A stretch of 22,147 nucleotides of DNA from Polyangiaceae bacterium (GTDB lineage: Bacteria; Myxococcota_A; Polyangia; Polyangiales; Polyangiaceae). The notes under the pieces were generated by a model, which saw only the letters and a program-made list of their open reading frames with translations, did no database searches and was not told the origin of the DNA. This document shows, in pieces, positions 16,345 through 22,147 of the stretch (within the stretch, counting starts at the first letter, position 1; every line of letters starts with the position of its first letter). The position numbers and the translations under genes were made by a program. The stretch is from the NCBI GenBank assembly GCA_044222475.1, contig JBGANF010000135.1, positions 1-22,147 on the forward strand. The letters are read 5' to 3'.

Positions 16345-17315
16345 GCGTTTGCCTTTCGCCCCGCGAGCGCGAGATAGGCGACCACCGTGAGGAACGCGAC
16401 GGCACCGAACCCGCGCTTCACCACGTCGGAGATGGACGAGCTCGACCAGAAGCCCTCCAGTCCGGCGGCGATGAGCAGCATCGCCGCGGCGCCGAGGACG
16501 ATGGTCAGTACGTCGGCAGACGTGCTCTGCAACGATTCGAGTCGCGTTTTCTCACCGGGCGCCACGATGGACCAGCCCACGCTCAAACCCGCTGCGCCCG
16601 AAAGAACGATGGCGCCGAGCTCGAACGACCCGTGACCGACGATGAAGGTGACGATGTTGCCGCCCGCACCTTCGCTGGCGACGTAACCGAGGATCGCGCC
16701 GATGGAGAGCCCGTTCTGCACGAGGAAGAACGCGGAGCCGATGCCGCCGAAGATCCCGAGCGCGAAGCAGCGGAGCGCGATGCCCACGTTGTTGTTCACG
16801 TAGAACCCGGCCATCAGCGAGTCTTGGTCGAGGCTGCGTCCCTCCGCGAATCCTTGACGATACGCTTGCGCGAGCGGACGAAGCATCGACTCGGGCGCGA
16901 CCGAGTACGCGAACGACGGATCGCGCAGCGTCATCGCCAGGCCGAAGGCGAGCGGCACGAAGAAGAGTAGTGTGGCCAAGAGCACCGCGCGCCAACGTCG
17001 ACGCACCGCGCGCGGAAACGCGACGAGTGCATCGCGCGCGCGCCAACGAACGCCGAGCGGCACGGCATAGAGCGCGTCGTGGGCGCGGCGCACGCGTGCC
17101 TCGAGCTCTTCGACGGTGCCGGACGAAAAGTGCACCGCGCGCGCGTGCGCAAGATCGGCGCAGGCATCGCGATAGTGGGGCGAGAGCTTGGCGAGTTGCG
17201 ACGGCGAGAGCGTGGCGAGCTTGTTGCGTGCCGCGGTCGACGCGAGATCGTCCAACTCTTCCCAAGCGGCGCGACGTCGCTTCACGAACGCGTGCTCGGT
17301 CTCGTTCCGCTTCAT
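16341..17315 (-). CDS. Stage II sporulation protein M (SpoIIM/DUF95) family membrane protein
   Basis: FV..R...W..L, Y....ADLA.AR, FP.AV, YVNNNVGIALRCFALG, NGLSIGA, HGSFEL.AI.LSGAAGL and LLIAAGLEGF.S. Confidence 0.92.
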   Translation of the reverse strand: MKRNETEHAFVKRRRAAWEELDDLASTAARNKLATLSPSQLAKLSPHYRDACADLAHARAVHFSSGTVEELEARVRRAHDALYAVPLGVRWRARDALVAFPRAVRRRWRAVLLATLLFFVPLAFGLAMTLRDPSFAYSVAPESMLRPLAQAYRQGFAEGRSLDQDSLMAGFYVNNNVGIALRCFALGIFGGIGSAFFLVQNGLSIGAILGYVASEGAGGNIVTFIVGHGSFELGAIVLSGAAGLSVGWSIVAPGEKTRLESLQSTSADVLTIVLGAAAMLLIAAGLEGFWSSSSISDVVKRGFGAVAFLTVVAYLALAGRKANA

Positions 17316-18088
17316 CGGCGCCGTGCCGCTTTCTCGTCGCGCCCAGTGACACGCGCGTGCACGAGCGCGAGCAGGCGCGCTGGATCTTTGATCTTGAGAC
17401 CGAGCCGACGCTGAAGAGGCTTCGAAATCATGAGCGCGAGCTCTTCTTCGCGTTCGGGACCGAGCGTGCGTCGGCGCACTAGAAAGAGCTCGATCGCCGC
17501 GCGTTCTTCGGCATCGAGCGAGAGGTTGCGGGCGCGATCGAGCTCTCCGCGTTCGCGCGGGGTCACGTCGGGAGAGAGACGCGGCACTTCGACATCGGTG
17601 GCGCGCGGGGTGGCGACGACCATGGTGTCTGCGACCAAGTCACCGAGACGCTGGAAGCGATCGGTGGCGACCATGCTGACGACGCCCACGACGTAGCCCA
17701 CCGGCAGGACGTCGGCGGCACGGAGAAGGTTGCGCAGGATTGCCGCCCACGCGGTGATCGGTCGGCCCGTCGTAGTGACGACGCGCAGTCCCAACGCCAT
17801 CTTGCCGGGAGTCGTACCGCGCCACGCTTCCCACGCAGCGAAGTACACCCACTGCGCGAGGAACAGTACGAAGAGGAGGAACCCGGTTCCGAATCCGGCG
17901 CTTGCACCGCTGAATCGGTCGGCGCCAATCGCGAAGAGCGCCACGATGAACACGACGCCGTAGCACCCGATCAGATCGACGACGTGCGCGAGCGCGCGCC
18001 GCAGAGGTCCGGCAACGGGATGCCGAAATACCACGTGCTCGGGTGTCTCGATCGCAACGACGGCGTCGAGAGGGGTCCCGCCCAGCAT
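17312..18088 (-). CDS. RDD family membrane protein, 258 aa
   Basis: IETPEHV..AGPLRRALA..VD, YFAAWE..GTTPGKMALGLRVV, RNLLRAAD and QRLGDLVADTMVV. Start set at ATG 18088 because TGGTAGTCT lies 7 nt upstream. Confidence 0.92.
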   Translation of the reverse strand: MLGGTPLDAVVAIETPEHVVFRHPVAGPLRRALAHVVDLIGCYGVVFIVALFAIGADRFSGASAGFGTGFLLFVLFLAQWVYFAAWEAWRGTTPGKMALGLRVVTTTGRPITAWAAILRNLLRAADVLPVGYVVGVVSMVATDRFQRLGDLVADTMVVATPRATDVEVPRLSPDVTPRERGELDRARNLSLDAEERAAIELFLVRRRTLGPEREEELALMISKPLQRRLGLKIKDPARLLALVHARVTGRDEKAARRR

Positions 18089-18149
18089 TCGCGCGAGACT
18101 ACCACCTGCGGTTGCCAAGGAGAGCAACGTCGTCGACAATCAGCGGCCG

Positions 18150-18758
18150 ATGAAGGAGCGGGAGGGCGAAGCGAGAAATCCGTACGCGGCGCCAAAAGCG
18201 AGGCTTCGCCCGCGGCTGACGGAAGACGGGGAGCCGCGCGAAGCGCGCTTCGAGCCGATGCGCATGTCCCTCGTTGTGGTGATCCTCCTCTCGACCGTGA
18301 CGCTCGGCTTCTACGCCTGGTGGTGGCTCTTCACGCGGCGCCGCTTCATCGACTCACTCGACTCGACGGAGAAGGTCGGCACCGGATTGCTCACCGCTGC
18401 GTTTGGAACGAACATCCTCGCGACGATGCTTCTGTTTGCATCCTCCGACTTCATCCCGCTGCGAAGCGTCGTGACGATCGGGAGCACCGTCCTCTGGTTG
18501 ATCGCCGTTTTTCGCATTGCGCGCATCCTGCGGGTTCACTTCTCGAAGAACGGGATTCGCCGAGAGGTCTCGGGCATCGCGACGTTCTTCCTCACCACGC
18601 TGTACCTTCAGTACGTGTTCAATCGAGCGGCGGATGACGAGCGGGCGATGGCCCAATCCGCCGACCGCGAACGACGACGGAAGAAGAAGCGAAAGAAGCG
18701 AGCGGCGGCAATGCCCGAGATCGATGAAGACGAGGACGAGGCCACGTCGAGCACGTAG
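18150..18758 (+). CDS. DUF4234-like integral membrane protein
   Basis: VILLSTVTLGFYAWWWLF motif, about four TM segments, LYLQY..N, N-terminal NPYAAP, and a C-terminal basic run followed by an acidic tail. Confidence 0.75.
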   Translation: MKEREGEARNPYAAPKARLRPRLTEDGEPREARFEPMRMSLVVVILLSTVTLGFYAWWWLFTRRRFIDSLDSTEKVGTGLLTAAFGTNILATMLLFASSDFIPLRSVVTIGSTVLWLIAVFRIARILRVHFSKNGIRREVSGIATFFLTTLYLQYVFNRAADDERAMAQSADRERRRKKKRKKRAAAMPEIDEDEDEATSST

Positions 18759-18773
18759 TCGAGGAGCGACGGC

Positions 18774-19120
18774 TCATCGGGGGCACCGCTTCGCGGGCGC
18801 GTGCGACGTGAAGTGCTCGTCGAGCCAGCGGCAGCGCTGCTCGCACGTGGTGAGCGCATCGCGGCGCTGCGCGCTCGCCGGAGCGTTCGTGCACGCCAGC
18901 TCGAAGCAGTCGTCGACGATCTGCACCCAGTGCGTCGGATCACTCGGCGAGTCGGACTCGCCGGCGAGCGACGAGATCGGCGATCTCCTTTTTCGACGAG
19001 CGGTCGCGGGCGCGATGCGCTCCTGACGCATGGGTCCGACACCGGCGCCTTGGCCGGCGCAGAAGCTGCGCAGGCCCAGGAAAGAAGCGCCAACATCGCG
19101 ATCCTGATCCGGCGCCTCAC
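18774..19120 (-). pseudogene. Frameshifted small Cys-containing lipoprotein gene (pseudogene or assembly indel)
   Basis: GTG 19120 (TGGTATCCT 6 nt upstream) starts MRRRIRIAMLALLSWAC. The host-like C-terminal part (HWVQIVDDCFELAC..CEQRC..KRCPR*, stop 18774) is in a different frame. Confidence 0.5.
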
Positions 19121-19171
19121 CGCGCGAGGATACCATCGTGGACGGAGGGATCATGCATCGCAAAGCAAGCA

Positions 19172-20059
19172 ATGGCGAGCGGGCTCAGCGCGCTTGCGAT
19201 GATCGCGGCGTGCGGCGGAGCGACGACCACGACCGGCAGCGACGCCGGCACCGACTCCGGCGGCGGCGGCGGCGCCTGTCCGACCGCCATGCCGACGGCG
19301 GGCAGCGCTTGTCCCAAAGAGGGACAGACGTGCGATTATGGCGACAACCCGACGTGCCTCGGCAACGCGACGTGCACGGGCGGCAAGTGGAACGTGTCGA
19401 CGCCGAAGTGCATCGGCCCCGACCCGACGTGCCCGGCCACCCGCGAATCGGCGGCCGGCCAGACCTGCGGGACGAAGGATGCGTACTGCAACTACGCCGG
19501 TCTCCTCTGCAGCTGCACCAACTGCACGAAGTACCCGGTGGTGCAGTGCCAAGGTCCGCTCACGTGGCACTGCGACTCGCCGAACACGACGCCCGGGTGC
19601 CCGCCGGCGCGTCCCAACACGGGACAAGCGTGTTCGACGCCCGGTCTCCTCTGCGACTATGGCTGCGAGCAAGGCGTCTCGCGGCAGTGCACCGGCGGCG
19701 CGTGGGTCCCCGCGTCGTCGCCCGGAGGCTGCCCGGTCTCGACCCGCGCGGCCAAGAACGACATCAAGTACCTCTCCCCGGCGGATCGAAGCGCCGTCGC
19801 CGATCAGGCGCGCGGTCTCCGGCTCACGACGTGGCACTACAAGGACCCCGCTCTCGCCGACCGCGAGCGACTCGGTTACATCCTCGAGGACTCGCCCGGA
19901 GTGCCCGCGTCCGACATGGACAAGAAGCAGGTCGATCTGTACGCGTACACGAGCATGGTGCTCGCGCTCGCGCAGCAGCAAGACCAAGAGATCAAAGAGC
20001 TGCGCGCGAAGGTCGCCGATCTCGAGAAGCGCGTGCCTCCCCCGGCGAAGACCAAGTAA
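19172..20059 (+). CDS. Lipoprotein with three Cys-rich repeats and a C-terminal peptidase S74 intramolecular chaperone/autocleavage domain
   Basis: Lipobox MIAAC; repeats CP...P..G..C......C.Y..C.GG.W; S74-like STRAAKNDI..L..W.YK..LGYI.ED.P..VDLY..L..AQQQ..EI..L...V..LE coiled coil from 19739. Confidence 0.85.
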   Translation: MASGLSALAMIAACGGATTTTGSDAGTDSGGGGGACPTAMPTAGSACPKEGQTCDYGDNPTCLGNATCTGGKWNVSTPKCIGPDPTCPATRESAAGQTCGTKDAYCNYAGLLCSCTNCTKYPVVQCQGPLTWHCDSPNTTPGCPPARPNTGQACSTPGLLCDYGCEQGVSRQCTGGAWVPASSPGGCPVSTRAAKNDIKYLSPADRSAVADQARGLRLTTWHYKDPALADRERLGYILEDSPGVPASDMDKKQVDLYAYTSMVLALAQQQDQEIKELRAKVADLEKRVPPPAKTK

Positions 20060-20083
20060 CGACGCGGGTGATTCAGCTCGTGA

Positions 20084-20698
20084 TCAATAGCGCAGTCCCG
20101 CGTAGAGCCTCACTCCTCCCGTCGGCGTTCCCGTCTCCAGCGGGTACGCGCGCGCGAACTGGTTGCCTTCGTACTCCGTCACGTTCCCGGCGAACGTCGA
20201 GCCCAGGACTCCCTCGGCGCCGATCGCGAAGTGGCTACCGTCGGCCGTTGGATTGAAGGCGACCTCGACGCGGAGGACCCCGATCCCGAAGCTCGCCGTG
20301 CTCGCGGGTACGCCGTAGTGAAGCGTGTAGAGTGCACCGACCCCGCCACCGACCGCCACCGTCAAGCGATCGAAGCCGAACGCTACGAGCCCGGCGAGAT
20401 GCCCGCGCCCGAAGAAGACTACGCCCGTCTCGCCGAACACGAGCGCCTCGACGCCGAGCCACCGCGTGAGCTGAGCTCCGCCGCTCAACCCGAGGCCGGT
20501 GCCTCCAGCCCACGTGGGGCCGGCGCGGCCAATGCCCAGGCCGCCTTCCATGCCCAGGCGTGCGCGCGGCAGCTCGCGTTCCTCGGCGCGAGCGACGTCA
20601 CTCACGAGTGTGGACGCAGCCATCGCTACCGCGAGCCACCAGGACTTGCATGTCACGCTCGAGAGAGCCGGAACGCGGCGAAAGCGCTGAAACTTCAT
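20084..20698 (-). CDS. Secreted probable outer-membrane beta-barrel protein, 204 aa
   Basis: Signal ending VARA-EE, Gly-rich amphipathic strands, C-terminal VRLYAGLRY (aromatic final residue). A sigma54 motif lies upstream of ATG 20698. Confidence 0.7.
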   Translation of the reverse strand: MKFQRFRRVPALSSVTCKSWWLAVAMAASTLVSDVARAEERELPRARLGMEGGLGIGRAGPTWAGGTGLGLSGGAQLTRWLGVEALVFGETGVVFFGRGHLAGLVAFGFDRLTVAVGGGVGALYTLHYGVPASTASFGIGVLRVEVAFNPTADGSHFAIGAEGVLGSTFAGNVTEYEGNQFARAYPLETGTPTGGVRLYAGLRY

Positions 20699-20714
20699 CG
20701 CCGACGCTTCGACC

Positions 20715-20730
20715 TGCAACTGGTGTGCCC
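20715..20730 (-). promoter_or_regulatory. Putative sigma54 (-24/-12) promoter
   Basis: Minus strand reads GGGCAC-ACCAG-TTGCA with GG-N10-GC spacing, 18 nt upstream of ATG 20698. Confidence 0.6.
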
Positions 20731-20786
20731 CGGGTCAGGGCGTCGCCAGTCACATCTCCGAGTGCGCCATCGCTCCCGGGTCGTTC

Positions 20787-21788
20787 CTAGGCGCCGACGC
20801 GGAGCACCGCCGCTCCTTCGACCTTGCCGTGCAACAGCCGCTCGAGGGCGACGTTCGCGTCCTCCAGCGGGTGCACGTCGGTGCGCGGCCGAATCGCGAT
20901 CTTCGCGGCGAGCTCGAGGAACTCGGTCGCGTCCGCCCGCGTGAAGTTCGCCACACTCCGCAGGCTCCGCTCCCAGTAGAGGTCGTCGTACGAGAGCGCC
21001 GGGATCTCGTCGAGGTGGATCGCGTTGATCGCGACGACCCCGCCGCGATCGAGCGCCTTCAGTGCCCGCGCGACGACGGTCCCCACCGGAGCGAACGTGA
21101 TCGCCGCGTCGAGCGGCTCCGGCGGGAGCTCTTCGTACGAGCCGACCCACTCGGCTCCGAGCGAGCGCGCCCTCTCCTGCTCCGCCTTCGATCGCGTGGC
21201 GACGAACACGCGGCATGCCCAGTGACGCGCGACTTGCATCGCCAAGAGCGCCGAGGCGCCGAACCCGTACAGACCGAGCCTCTGCTCGGGTGCGATCCCG
21301 CTCACCTTCAGCGCGCGGTATCCGATCACGCCGCCGCACAAGAGCGGCGCCGCGTGCACGTCCTCGAACGCATCCGGGATGCGAAGCGCGAAGTCCGCGC
21401 GGACGACGGCGTGCGTCGCGTATCCCCCGTCTCGATCCCAACCGGTGAACGTCGCACCACGGCACAGGTTCTCTCGCCCGGCCCTGCACGCTGCGCATGC
21501 ACCGCACGAGCTTGCGAGCCACGCCACGCCCGCTCGCTCGCCGATCTGCCAATCCGCGACACCGTCGCCCACGGCGATCACTCGCCCCACGATCTGATGA
21601 CCCGGGACGATCGGCGTGCGCTTCGGCGCGAGGTCGCCCTCGCACAGCTGCAGGTCGGTACGGCACACCGCGCACGCGCTCACCGCGAGGAGAACCTCGC
21701 CTCGACCCGGCTCGGGATCGGGTCGATCCATCGCGCGAAGGGGATGCGTGCCGATCGGACCAGGCTGGGCGAGGACCATCGCGCGCAT
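20787..21788 (-). CDS. Zinc-dependent alcohol dehydrogenase family protein (MDR), 333 aa
   Basis: AVCRTD, PGHQIVG, structural Zn CGACAACRAGRENLC, APLLCGG and Rossmann GLYGFGASA. Start at MRAMVL. Confidence 0.95.
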   Translation of the reverse strand: MRAMVLAQPGPIGTHPLRAMDRPDPEPGRGEVLLAVSACAVCRTDLQLCEGDLAPKRTPIVPGHQIVGRVIAVGDGVADWQIGERAGVAWLASSCGACAACRAGRENLCRGATFTGWDRDGGYATHAVVRADFALRIPDAFEDVHAAPLLCGGVIGYRALKVSGIAPEQRLGLYGFGASALLAMQVARHWACRVFVATRSKAEQERARSLGAEWVGSYEELPPEPLDAAITFAPVGTVVARALKALDRGGVVAINAIHLDEIPALSYDDLYWERSLRSVANFTRADATEFLELAAKIAIRPRTDVHPLEDANVALERLLHGKVEGAAVLRVGA

Positions 21789-21796
21789 GGCGCGCT

Positions 21797-22147
21797 CTAG
21801 GCTCCCTCGACCATCGGAACGAAGCGGACTCCCCCGAGGTCCTCCTTCGTCGCGGTCCCGTCGCGCTTGACGTAGCGGAAGAGTCGCTGCGACCACGGGT
21901 CTGGGCCGATCGGTGCCACGAGGATCCCACCGTCGGCGAGCTGATCGAAGAGCGCGCGCGGGAGCTCCTCCGGCGCCGCCGTCACGATCACGCGATCGAA
22001 CGGCGCCTGCTCCGGCCAACCGGCGTAGCCGTCGCCCGAGCGCACGTGCACGTTCGCGTAGCCGAGGCGCCGAAGTCGCTCCTTCGATTCCTCTGCGAGC
22101 TCGGGCACGACCTCGATCGAGTAGACCTCGCGCGCGAGCAGCGAGAG
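21797..22147 (-). CDS. pcm: Protein-L-isoaspartate O-methyltransferase, 3' part (5' end outside window)
   Basis: VYSIE..PEL, GDGYAGWPEQAPFDRVIVTAA, QLADGGILVAPIG and VRFVPM. Confidence 0.93.
   Translation of the reverse strand, partial: LSLLAREVYSIEVVPELAEESKERLRRLGYANVHVRSGDGYAGWPEQAPFDRVIVTAAPEELPRALFDQLADGGILVAPIGPDPWSQRLFRYVKRDGTATKEDLGGVRFVPMVEGA

Noticed and set aside
16341..17315. Evidence for endospore formation from SpoIIM
   Set aside because: This DUF95-type family is widespread in non-sporulating bacteria within RDD/MoxR operons.
19739..20059. Prophage tail gene
   Set aside because: The S74 domain sits on a lipoprotein with host-type Cys repeats, and no other phage genes are present.
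1..22147. Numerous long Arg/Ala/Pro-rich alternative ORFs (e.g. 155-1339, 6042-7865, 7862-9637, 12705-13880, 14213-15658, 19138-20256)
   Set aside because: They are off-frame or antisense shadows expected in high-GC DNA. They overlap genes with clear family motifs and have none of their own.

Overview
High-GC bacterial DNA that looks myxobacterial (Polyangiaceae/Labilithrix-like; inferred from the many Cys/Gly-rich lipoproteins with 'DAG/DGG' linkers and several sigma54 promoters). In order: the end of a sugar ABC permease pair; a Cys-rich lipoprotein; a rifamycin ADP-ribosyltransferase (arr); a stand-alone group A [FeFe]-hydrogenase gene (M3 architecture, complete H-cluster motifs) with an extra ~120-aa C-terminal SnoaL/NTF2-like domain and no maturase or partner genes nearby; a run of secreted or lipid-anchored surface proteins; a translationally coupled six-gene RDD-SpoIIM-membrane-DUF4129/DUF4350-MoxR-DUF58 operon flanked by two PYAxP-motif membrane proteins; a frameshifted lipoprotein; a Cys-repeat lipoprotein with a peptidase S74 intramolecular-chaperone domain; a probable beta-barrel protein; a Zn-alcohol dehydrogenase; and the 3' part of pcm. 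The most unusual element is the hydrogenase-SnoaL fusion. Many genes show a leaderless promoter layout. No RNA genes, CRISPR arrays or mobile elements were recognised. All family calls come from motif recognition by eye, not from database searches.
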